NCBI GenBank assembly: GCA_023334545.1
Contig: JAADVB010000035.1
Location: forward strand, 42,086 to 106,085
DNA length: 64,000 nucleotides
Direction of reading: 5' to 3'
DNA from: Salisapilia sapeloensis CBS 127946
Taxonomy: Eukaryota > Protista > Oomycota
Shown here: in pieces, positions 11,818-22,250 of the stretch
Numbering within the stretch: position 1 is the stretch's first letter
How the letters are laid out: every line of letters begins with the position of its first letter
Position numbers and translations under genes: made by a program
Notes under the pieces: model-generated
Database searches by the model: none
Told to the model about the DNA's origin: nothing
Seen by the model: only the letters and a program-made list of their open reading frames with translations

Positions 11818-12198
11818 TCAAAGTGTCGTTATGCGGCAACGTGCCGATCGCTTCTTTGGAGTTGGTGTCGCAAAACGAAATTCGCCATATTGGAAAGGTG
11901 ACCACGGACCAAGCGTACTTTCACTACGGGAGAGCTGGCGATCACGACGAGCTTCTTTTTCACTCTCATAGAATTGCTTGCCGATTTTCTGAGCCCAATT
12001 AAAAGGACCAAGCACATCTTCGTGCGGAACCAAGTTGGAAGGCTTCGCGATGATTTCCAGTCCATCCCATGAGCTTGAGGAGGTAGATGTCGAATCACTA
12101 AAGTCATCTTCGTCATCCATCATGCTCAAAGCATGTATAACAGCTCGATCGAATAGTTCTTCGTTCTGAAGCCAGTCGGCGCACGAGTACGAGGACAT
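11818..12198 (-). CDS. Small hypothetical protein (126 aa from the first ATG)
   Basis: Uninterrupted ORF MSSYSCADW...TPTPKKRSARCRITTL with an acidic/Ser tract; no family recognised. Confidence 0.55.
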   Translation of the reverse strand: MSSYSCADWLQNEELFDRAVIHALSMMDDEDDFSDSTSTSSSSWDGLEIIAKPSNLVPHEDVLGPFNWAQKIGKQFYESEKEARRDRQLSRSESTLGPWSPFQYGEFRFATPTPKKRSARCRITTL

Positions 12199-12583
12199 TT
12201 TGGAAAGAGGTTGTAAAGACGAGTGTCGGAGGCGCTTGGGATTGACGAGGTGGATTGAAGAATGGCAACAAGAAGCGAGCAACAAAGATCACTAGACACT
12301 CTGCCAAACAAAGATACAGTTACATCGCATTTTCAGTCTTCCTCATTGTGACTATCCGATTCTTTATCATGCTTGCTAACACACATGCTCCCATCAGACG
12401 ACGGAAGTTACACGACAATAATCTCATGCTAATATTGAGCTTTTGCTCACCAAGCGGACTCTTCAGCAAGGGTCGATGCAACTTGATCCCACATTCAAGT
12501 ACAAGGATAGAAATGAGCCGGTGTCGTTTCACAAGCAGGCAGTTTCCTGTTTTCTTATGCACCAAAAGGGTGCCTAGGAAGGT

Positions 12584-15560
12584 ATGGAGAACAAGTCGAG
12601 CGACTCCTCACCTCAATGGGAACTGTTCTCGGACGATTTTGGCAACTTTTATTTTTACAATCATCTCACAGGAGAATCAAGCTGGACTGTGCCTGATGAA
12701 GGCGATGAAATTGATGGGGATCAGATTGATGATTCAAGAGAGACTAGTAAAAATGAAGAGGAAGTCATAGAGGTGAATCCCACAAGGTGGTACGCCGATG
12801 AAGAAATTGCCATCGGAGTTGCGGAGGTCATGCTCTCATTAGTCAGTAACATTGAAGCGAAGGCGGAAACGAAGTCGCGAAAAAAGAAGCGCATCATGTC
12901 GGATGCAGCGCTTCGGCGTTACGCTAAAAACCAGGAAAAACAGCAAGCAAGTGAGAAACGAACTCGGCTGCAAAGCTTTTCAAAATACACAAAGGTAGCC
13001 ATGAAATGCTTTGATAAGCTTAAGAGTGCAGATCCGTCACGACGGAAGGGTATTGGAGAAGTATTCACTGCTTCAGATGCTGTCAGATGGGATCTAGATC
13101 GATGTCGTCACCTTCAAAAACAGCGGCGAAGATTTCGAAAGGGAAGGAAGGAGCACACTTCTATCGTCCGATGTCGTCTTCTTCGTCACCAATTGCTTCG
13201 CAAGATCCAAGTAGAACTGAGTCGGCAACTTCTTCTTCCAAGTAATTCTGCAAGCAATATCTACAGCGAGTCTATTCTCTACTTTGATACTCCTCAACTC
13301 ATATCCGAAGCGAAGCAAAGATTGCAGAATATTACCGAGCCCGAGATTGCTGAGCGACTGCTAGAAGAGGAAGATCATCTCCGATCTATGCGGAAGGATG
13401 AGATTGGAGCTCTCTTTGATCAACTGGACACCCAAAGCAGCGGATGTATAAGTATAGTAGAAATTATGTCCCGTTTTGCTGTTGAAAGGTATGTGGTAAT
13501 CTACATGCACTTAAGCGTTGATATTATATTGAGCTAATTTATTTGCTATTAGGAAGATTCAAGAGACTGCTCCTACCGTTCGTGCTGTATCAATGATATC
13601 AAACAATGGCAAGGTGCAGAAAGCATTAATTAACATCGCAGCTCGGCTTGTGTCGGAGGAAAAGTCTATAGATCGAAATACATTTGAAGATTTCTTAGAA
13701 GTTGTTGAGCAAGTCGTTGATCATGCTGAGAGCATCCATGAGGCAGTGAAAGAGGCAGAAATGAACTGGAATGAAGACAAGAACGTCGTATGTTCCGGTA
13801 AGAGCAAACTTGCAGCAAAGTTGGAGCGCACGACAAAACGAATGCAGGAAGAGAAGCGAATGCAAGAAAATGAACAACACAAACTACTTATTAGGACCAA
13901 AAAAGCTATTCAAAATGAAAATTCTCGATGGATTACTACGCCTGATGAGACGTGGATGGAAGAGTGGGAGTTAAATCATCACCATCGATATATACAGACA
14001 TCACCAGTACAGCCACTGTATTGCTGCTTATGCAGGAGAAAGAAGTGGGAAATTGCCCGACGAGACGAAGAACAGTATGAAGCTGACTATCGAATGCAAT
14101 GGCAAGAGATCCTTATTCAAAAACTAAATGAAAAGCACAGCAATTGTTCGACATCTGCTGGGTCAACAGAAACCGCAAGTATTCAACTTTATAGCCAAGG
14201 AGTAGAGGTGAAGGAGTCAAACGACAGTCAAACGTTATACACACCAGACGCTGCACATTATGGGCACTATGACTCTGATGTACTGGACGTCATTCGTGCT
14301 CTCGTCTATATTACTGAAAACATAGCTACGTCGCATGATTATACAATGAACCAAGCACTAGGCAACCAAGCTCCACTAGCCAAGAAAAAGAAGCGAAAGA
14401 AAAAGAAAAAGGCATTAAACTTAGAGGATACAAATGCGAGAACGGAAGCAACTGATATACAGAGCCTGGCGGATGTACTTGAAAAACAGGAAGGAGAAAG
14501 AAAGACAATGTACGCAGAAGAGGTGGCAACAAAAATTACTCTTGAAAAACTTCGGAGGCGTGAAGAACGCTCTGCTTTGCAAGTGCAAGACTTGGCGCAC
14601 AGATCCTTGACGCGAATACTGGAGTACTGTCCTGATTTATCCCCATTTATTCGTCATCTTCGATTTAGGCGCTGTCTGAAATATGAAAATCCATTGACGA
14701 TGGTTGCCCAAGTTACTAACTCCAGCGATATTCAGGGTATCGGACTACCAAGATATTATTTACTACGAATCTTTCCATGTAAAGATATAGACCAAGCTCA
14801 ATTGATCTCACAAGACATCATGTATTTACGCAAGTACCTTACCACTTGTTTTGTCATGAGACCGGCATACTCGAGCTACCATCAATTTCAGCAATTTTCA
14901 GATTCTGGAATTATGATTGAAAGCGTCCCGATCGTTTTTGTAATTTACGAGTATGCCGAAAGAGGACGCTATATTGATACAATTTTAAGCCCGATGCTGC
15001 ATCAAAGTGCAAGCGCCAAGCACCAGACCCGAACAGAAAAAGCGTTGCTTGATGTGTTTCGAGATATTGCTGCTGGTCTGGCTGCAGTACATAGTTTAGG
15101 CAAAATGCATCTTAACATTAAGCTGAGCAACATGTATGTACTTGAAGATCGACCAGGGAGTTTGCAAGTAAAATTGGGATACCCATTGCATGCTTGTCAC
15201 CCAGTCAGTCCAGCAGATATCGATAGAGGATACATCGAGCATCACCTCCAAATGGATGCTTATCCTCCTGAGGTCCAAAATCACACAAAGCTTAGCGACA
15301 AAACGGATGTGTGGATGTTGGGAAGAGCTCTTTTGGATGCCATGATGTTGTGGAAATCGTCCGAATTTAAATGTGAAGGTATGGACCCCAGACTAGAGTC
15401 ATTTCATGCTGCGGAGTCTTTCACCATCGCTAATTTAATGGATCAATTGCCAATGTCTGCAAGCAATACTGTACGCTCTCTTTTACGCATGATGCTACAG
15501 CCTATGCCCTCACAACGACCAAACATGAGTCAAGTATTAGACTTTATTTCTTTTTCCTAA
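12584..15560 (+). CDS. WW domain + EF-hand + coiled coil + kinase-fold (pseudokinase) protein
   Basis: WW (WELFSDDFGNFYFYNHLTGESSWTVP); EF loop DTQSSGCISIVE; intron ~13489-13551 joins two track ORFs; kinase-like C-lobe (HLNIKLSN, YPPE, KTDVWMLG, PSQRPNMSQVL). Confidence 0.8.
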
Positions 15561-15728
15561 AATATATTTGTCTTAGACGGCTACCAACTTGTACGTTTCA
15601 TTAACGCTTTCCGCCTCCATTCATAAAGCCTTTCCCTTGCTATCTTTGGATGAACGCCAACCTCTCACTTCCAAAAGAGAGAGAGTTAACGCTAACATCC
15701 TAGAGACCGGGTAAGGTGCAACAAGCCT

Positions 15729-18700
15729 ATGAGTGCGATAGACGCAGTAGAAAATCAGTTGACGTCGAAGGACTTATTCGATAGAGCGAAGCGGAACGAA
15801 TTTCAATCCATCTATCCGATACTGCATGATGGGACACTCATGAGCACTGATGGCAGTTCCGCTATGCAGCGTGTTCAAGAAATGGTGGAACCGAAAACAG
15901 GAAACACTTTATTTCATTACGCATGTAACAATGGGAACTTGGAAGCCTGTAAAGTTTTACTTGTAAGTACTCTAGGCATTGACACCTCGTTTATCAACGC
16001 TCCGAATTTCTTTGGGCATGCTCCGTTGTTCTATGCATCAAGCAGTGGAAACTTACCACTAGTCAAGTGGTTAGTATCCAATGGAGCGGACATTGATGCC
16101 GACTACAGTTGCTTGGAAGGTGTGAAACCGAGGCGAGAAGATCTTGGTATGTCGACACCGCTACAAGTAGCAAGTTTTAAAGGCCACAACGTTGTGGTTA
16201 ATTTTCTCGCTGAATGCAATGCCAAGTTGGATGGTGCTGGATGGAACAATGACACGCCATTGCACTTTGCGGTGGCGGAAGGTCAGAAAGATGTCACGCG
16301 ACTCTTACTTCAATATGGCGCAGACATCCACGCTAAAAATGACCGTGGTGAGACTCCAATCGACCTTGCTTCTTCGGAAATGAGACCTCTCCTAGAACGT
16401 TCGATATCTACTTACGTCAACTCGGAACACATTGACGACCAAGAAGGTGATTGCAGTGTCGATCAAGATGATGACTCTAGCGATAGCGGCTGGGATCAGG
16501 ATATGGACACTTCAACAGAAGATTATCAACTTGTACGGAAGATATTTGGCAGGAAAACTACAAAGCAATTAAAATCCAATGCCTGGAAAGTGAGAGTGGA
16601 AGGTATTGACGAAGTCACGATTGCCTTTGACCATATTGCCTCTGGAAAGCAAACGATTGCGTCATTTGACGCTGCTTGTATAGTCCTGCGTGATGGACTG
16701 TTGGACCCTGTTTCGCAAGTAGCTTCTCAATGTTGTAATTCGCTATTCCGAGCATGCTTTGGTGCTATAGCTAGTGAAGCAAGTTATCATACGAAAAGCT
16801 TTCACAATCAAAGACCTATTATTCAGGAAATTGCTCGCTTACTGCTACAACGTGGTGCTGTCACGAATGAAAAAGATGCGAGTGAAGCTGCGGCATCGCT
16901 TTTGTTCATGGTTTGCAAGAGTACAGAGTTGATCAAGTATCTCTGTGGTTATATTTCTCAAAGTGTATTGGCTTCAGAACCCACAACCATTTTATCTCCT
17001 CGTGTGGACGAAACCAGCGATCAGTCTGGACCAAAGAATGTATCATGGCGTCTTCAACTTGTATCGATAAAAATTCTAAATGCAATTGTTAGCCAGTATC
17101 GACTAAGCAATGAGGACACAGGTCTTCTGTTCGAGGACGCATTAAAACTGAGCATCAATGGTGTTGACAATGCCAGCGTGTATGTTCGGACAGCCTCCAT
17201 TGATCTCTTAATTCAATGTCTTCTCATTCGGTGTGAAGAGACAAAATCTATCACAAACCCGGATATGGCATACAACGTTGCTAAATCCTGGAGTGATGCT
17301 GCATTTAAAACACAAAAGAAAGTTCCGAAGCCATCCATCCAAGCAAAGATCAACAATGGGTTAAAATCTGCATTAACGGGAAGTAAACGTCTCATTTCGA
17401 GAAGTAATTCCCAAGACTTGGACTCGTCCACGTCTGCGAATGAGGCTATGCTCGATGAAACTGGTTTTGCAAGTGATTCTACATCGAAAATTACTAGTAA
17501 TACCATGAGTTCAAATTCCATTGACATGGGTGACGATGATGCACTGCCATACGCAGAACCAGTTCACGAGCGTTTTAATGACGTTTCTCTACAGGTAACC
17601 TCAGTGTTTGGTGACAAGTTTTCGCGATGCGTCTTTTCAAATGCTTGGGCTCCTCGTGTCGAGGCTATCAGCTTCCTACAAAGCAAAATTGAGCGTCATC
17701 AACTCGTATTTACGGATCTTGACAGTGATTCACAGGAAGCGCTACTGCGTGCATTATCGACAGCGCTAGCGTATACATTAAACGATCGCGTAAATGCAGT
17801 TTACGAGGCAGCTTTGTCTCTTTTAATGGAAGTCACGATCTCTTTCAGCTCTTCACTAGTAAAATCTGGTAACTACGATAAGCTCCATACTCTGGTGAAG
17901 CCACTGATACCACCGCTGTTGGTAAAGCTTGGCGACTTGAAAGCGAGGATGCATGTGGCAACGGAAGATGCACTACTTTTAATCGCTCGTCGAGCTGGGC
18001 CACAAGGACCCAGTCTGGTACTGCGCGAGGCCGTTAGTAGCGACCGTGCTGGCTCATTATCTTCCCAGTCTGCAGTATGCCTTCGCAATAAGCTTGCTCT
18101 CGTATCCAAGCTACTTCTTGAATTTGGTGTTCAAGTTAGTGATAGTGGAGAGGATGTTGGATTGGCTGTGAAGGTCGTCGTGCAACCAGCGTTCCAGTTA
18201 TGCGAACATAAAGATGCAAGTGTTCGGGAACTCTCTTATCAGATTGTCTCGGATGCACTACAGAAAGCTAGGCAGATAGTAATGCCGCTTTTAGATAATA
18301 TGCCGCGAGGTTCTCGACAGAAGATGATAGCAAAACTTGTCGAAAATGGTGTCCTCGAGTCGGACTTGCTGTTGGAAGAAGTGGACGATTTCGACGTCGC
18401 TTGCGCCTTGCCTCGACCAGGCACTTCTTCAGGAGAAATTCGACCACCGACCGCATCGGCGTCAGTCACAAAACATCGGCCTCCATTATTGAGCACCTCA
18501 CTTTCATCTCAGGTAGCAGGAAGCACAGCTTCGAGTGCCACTTCGTCTCGCCCAGAACCACTGCCGTACGGAGCTGCATTAACGGAAGAACAAAAGGATG
18601 AGTTTCTGGGACTAATAGATGCGTTCGGAGAGGAACTAGTACGCTGTTTGCTTGATAAGGAATGGTCTCAGCGAGAAGCGGCAGTGCGAGAAGTTGAACG

Positions 18701-20771
18701 CCAAGTAAAGTGTGCGATCAATAAGCAGGCAGCAGAAGAAGTGCCGACACCAGGAAATGCAAAAACATTGATCTTGCTTGCTCAAGTGCTTCACCTTGGA
18801 TTGAACGATACGGTTGCCCGAGTCTTCCAATGCTCTCTTCGGTTGTTTCAGCTCGTGACGACCGAGTTTCTACCCATCCTTGGAGGCAACGAGAATACTT
18901 TAGAAGACTTTCTGAAGGTTCCCACTCGACTTGTAATGCAGAAACTTGCAGACACAAAACAAAGACTTCGAACTGATTGCTTCACATTGCTGCATTCGAT
19001 GGCATCCCTTCGTCACATTGGCACACGACGGATTTGTCTTCTCCTTATAGAACAATACGAAGAAGCTGTACAAGAGAATACTTCATTGTCGAACTCTCCA
19101 TTATTTGTAGCAGAAACGTTACGGTTACTTGCTCTCCTAGTGCATGAAGCAGGGCAGATTCATGTGCCACTTTCGCTACAGCCGATTCTCACCTTCATTG
19201 CGCCAGCTTTTGCAAACAAGCACTTTGATGTCCGAAATGCAGCAACCGATGCATACGCTGCCGTATGTGAAGCTGCAAAACGAGATGAAAACACAAGTGA
19301 AAGCGAAACCTTGGACTTGCAGAGTGTGCTGAAGGAAGCACCGCCAGCAATGCGCAATAACATACTACAGAACCTTTACCAATCGAGCAATGCGCATGGT
19401 AATTCGACATCACCGCGGACAACCAATGAAGATAACAACAGTGAATCAAACAAAACCGCCTCAACGCCTCATGCATTCGATACAACGCGCTTGGAGCAGA
19501 TCTTGCCGTCCGAACAAATCCAACAGCTCTTAAGTAGCGAGAGTATCGACCGAAGCCAAGCCGTTTACAACATCATTCAAACACTAGTCGATCGTCCAGC
19601 AGATAAGAATCTTCTTGGTTCGTGGGAACCACTGACACTACTTTCAAAGCAGTTGCTGACCGATACATCTTGTGCCGTACGTATTGCCTCTTTCGCTCTA
19701 TTAAAGCTAATTGTCAGTTCGCCATCTATCGACGCGCTTAACCAGCCAGGATACGGCATTCCTTGGGGAGAATGGGGTGTGAATCTCATTGTAACGTCGA
19801 CAGTGCGAACTGTCATTCAGCAAAGTGGGCATGAAAGTGTTCGTGTTCGTGCAATGGTACCCCCTCTACTACGATCTCTAATGACGAAAGGTTCAACGGG
19901 GAGAAATGCAGTGTGCAATTCTATCCTCAGTATCCCTGAACTGATGGACCAAGACAACAATAGTTCTGTGCGCGAACGTAAGATATCCAGTTGCAAGATG
20001 CAGTGGCAATTGCTTTTGCGCCTTCTGATGGTACTCGAACTACTTACCGCTGATACCTTCACTGGCGAAAACGAGTACGACCACAGTCGTACGAGAAGAA
20101 AATCGTCACTTCAATCAGCCACGGAAGATATTCTTACTGCAGAAAAGGTTATCCAGTTCCTTGGATCATGCCTTGGAACACCAACTCCGATGGTGAAAGA
20201 GGCAGCATTGAAAGTATTGGAAGCCCTTCGCGAGAGAAAACCCGTAGAATACCAGTGTTATATGAGTCGTACTTGCCCTCAATCTCTGAAGAACCGCCTT
20301 GCATGCATTGAAGAAGCCTTAAACGGAAACATGGACAACAATAATGAGCAAGACGTCACTTGCGTTCGAGGTAGTCGTGCTTCGCACGTACGTCGTATTG
20401 CTGCGCTGAGGCCACCTAGAAGTGTTCCTATGCAAGAAAAAGAAATGACTGTAGATGTGTTTCCACCTCCCAATTCTGCACCCGGAAAAGCACGGGACAC
20501 TAAACGAAGCGAGGACACAACTAATGCCGGAAATTGGGATACATTTTACCACGAAACTTCGGATGTGGATTCAAGAGAACAAACAAAGGCACCGATATGG
20601 CTTTCCAACCCATCGACACATAAATCCGAAAGAAGGAGTTCTGCGCCAGAAGATTTTTATACCGATGTAAGACCAGAAATGGCTAATTCTTTTGGTGGCA
20701 GTGCGATCGGGCTACTGAAAGCTCGCAGACGAAGCGTGGGTTGGAGAAACAACGATGACGACGATATATAG
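15729..20771 (+). CDS. Ankyrin-repeat + tandem TOG/HEAT-domain protein (CEP104-type TOGs), 1680 aa
   Basis: Ankyrin repeats (GNTLFHYAC, GHAPLFYAS, TPLQVAS, TPLHFAV) followed by repeated helical units starting (I/V/A)FG...W..R.EA. Confidence 0.8.
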   Translation: MSAIDAVENQLTSKDLFDRAKRNEFQSIYPILHDGTLMSTDGSSAMQRVQEMVEPKTGNTLFHYACNNGNLEACKVLLVSTLGIDTSFINAPNFFGHAPLFYASSSGNLPLVKWLVSNGADIDADYSCLEGVKPRREDLGMSTPLQVASFKGHNVVVNFLAECNAKLDGAGWNNDTPLHFAVAEGQKDVTRLLLQYGADIHAKNDRGETPIDLASSEMRPLLERSISTYVNSEHIDDQEGDCSVDQDDDSSDSGWDQDMDTSTEDYQLVRKIFGRKTTKQLKSNAWKVRVEGIDEVTIAFDHIASGKQTIASFDAACIVLRDGLLDPVSQVASQCCNSLFRACFGAIASEASYHTKSFHNQRPIIQEIARLLLQRGAVTNEKDASEAAASLLFMVCKSTELIKYLCGYISQSVLASEPTTILSPRVDETSDQSGPKNVSWRLQLVSIKILNAIVSQYRLSNEDTGLLFEDALKLSINGVDNASVYVRTASIDLLIQCLLIRCEETKSITNPDMAYNVAKSWSDAAFKTQKKVPKPSIQAKINNGLKSALTGSKRLISRSNSQDLDSSTSANEAMLDETGFASDSTSKITSNTMSSNSIDMGDDDALPYAEPVHERFNDVSLQVTSVFGDKFSRCVFSNAWAPRVEAISFLQSKIERHQLVFTDLDSDSQEALLRALSTALAYTLNDRVNAVYEAALSLLMEVTISFSSSLVKSGNYDKLHTLVKPLIPPLLVKLGDLKARMHVATEDALLLIARRAGPQGPSLVLREAVSSDRAGSLSSQSAVCLRNKLALVSKLLLEFGVQVSDSGEDVGLAVKVVVQPAFQLCEHKDASVRELSYQIVSDALQKARQIVMPLLDNMPRGSRQKMIAKLVENGVLESDLLLEEVDDFDVACALPRPGTSSGEIRPPTASASVTKHRPPLLSTSLSSQVAGSTASSATSSRPEPLPYGAALTEEQKDEFLGLIDAFGEELVRCLLDKEWSQREAAVREVERQVKCAINKQAAEEVPTPGNAKTLILLAQVLHLGLNDTVARVFQCSLRLFQLVTTEFLPILGGNENTLEDFLKVPTRLVMQKLADTKQRLRTDCFTLLHSMASLRHIGTRRICLLLIEQYEEAVQENTSLSNSPLFVAETLRLLALLVHEAGQIHVPLSLQPILTFIAPAFANKHFDVRNAATDAYAAVCEAAKRDENTSESETLDLQSVLKEAPPAMRNNILQNLYQSSNAHGNSTSPRTTNEDNNSESNKTASTPHAFDTTRLEQILPSEQIQQLLSSESIDRSQAVYNIIQTLVDRPADKNLLGSWEPLTLLSKQLLTDTSCAVRIASFALLKLIVSSPSIDALNQPGYGIPWGEWGVNLIVTSTVRTVIQQSGHESVRVRAMVPPLLRSLMTKGSTGRNAVCNSILSIPELMDQDNNSSVRERKISSCKMQWQLLLRLLMVLELLTADTFTGENEYDHSRTRRKSSLQSATEDILTAEKVIQFLGSCLGTPTPMVKEAALKVLEALRERKPVEYQCYMSRTCPQSLKNRLACIEEALNGNMDNNNEQDVTCVRGSRASHVRRIAALRPPRSVPMQEKEMTVDVFPPPNSAPGKARDTKRSEDTTNAGNWDTFYHETSDVDSREQTKAPIWLSNPSTHKSERRSSAPEDFYTDVRPEMANSFGGSAIGLLKARRRSVGWRNNDDDDI

Positions 20772-22250
20772 TTTCAACAATAAACTACCTTAAAAATGCT
20801 ATGGCAATTGTAAGCTTCTTCGGGATGCACCTAGAAGACACATTATGCAGTTGGCACATAAATTGGTTGATATAAAGATATATTTAGATTCAGATTACTT
20901 TAGTGCTATTCTTACTCAATCGCCCTTCGCGCTCTCCGTCATACGTAGGTCCAATATGATTTTTACATTCTCGCTTTAAAAGGTCTTACTGCACATATGG
21001 AAACTTGCATGCAATCTAAGTTCGCAAAGATGGAATCGCGCTCTTGCCAACCTCAAATCTACACAATAGATGCAAACTAAATATTCGAGAATAGCTGGGT
21101 AGTACCCAGAAATCAGTCGTACTACCTGTATCGTCCCTGCTCGTCTTCATTATTGTACCAAACAAAGCTTACATTTCAGGAGATTGCTATTAAGCACTTG
21201 ATGTCAGTGCATACGCAGGAAATCGTTAACGACTTTGACGGGTACAATGATATTAGGTTGCTGTTTTCATTCAAGGTCATTTGCGATCCACATATGTACG
21301 GCAATACTTTCGACGAAGAGGTCAAATGTTAAAATCCGTTGTTTCATTGATACGAGCCCTTCTTCGAATTGAATGTTCGTGCAATGAACAATGAAGTACA
21401 TCATCGAACTGCGCTACCTGGAAGCGATTGAGTCGAAATTAGAATGTATCGGAGTGAAAGAAAACATAATATTTTAAAATTTTATTTATACTAATATAAT
21501 CTAGTTTCGATACATGAATACCTTGGACGGGAACAACAGCCTTTTTGCTTAAATCTATCTTGCACCATCCACCAATTTTTGCTTCGAATTAGCGATACAA
21601 CGAAACCGCTCGCTGGCACAGGCCACAATCAAAGTTCTCAATACTACCTACTGCCTTACACTTGCTCCTAAAGGCTTAGTTGCAAGATGGTCAAGTCGTT
21701 ATTGAAGAAAGTATCGGTTTCTCTACAGTGGCGCCCTCTTCAGTTGTAGAGAACAGCACCAGCAGCAAGAAAATCGGACAATGACAAGCAGATACTGGCC
21801 AAGACTAGAACTTTCTGTGCCAGGTGTAAAGATTGATGCGAAAGATAGTCAGTTAAGAGTTGCTTGTTTGATCTCCATCGCTACTTGAAGTGATAATCAT
21901 GAGACGACAGCTATTATCCTTGTAATCCCCAGGTTCAAAGTCACCAGAAAAGATGACAATAATTCCATTTGACAGCATCACTCCCCACAAATACATCCAT
22001 CTTATGATAGTTCGCCTGTGAAGTTTAAGAAAAGTAACGAGGCTGGAAAGGAGTGATATTTGTCCGTTTCTATAGTTGAAAAGTCGCTCACCATTGCTTG
22101 GCACCCTTTAGATCCGCTCTCCTACGGATACATCCTGAGTACAGATAGCTGAAGCCACGTCAACGTGCAGTATTGCAACGAATTGTATACCAAGAAAGCG
22201 AGCCGATATAGATACTGCAAAGTGATAGACTTCTCCAAGCGCACGAATAT

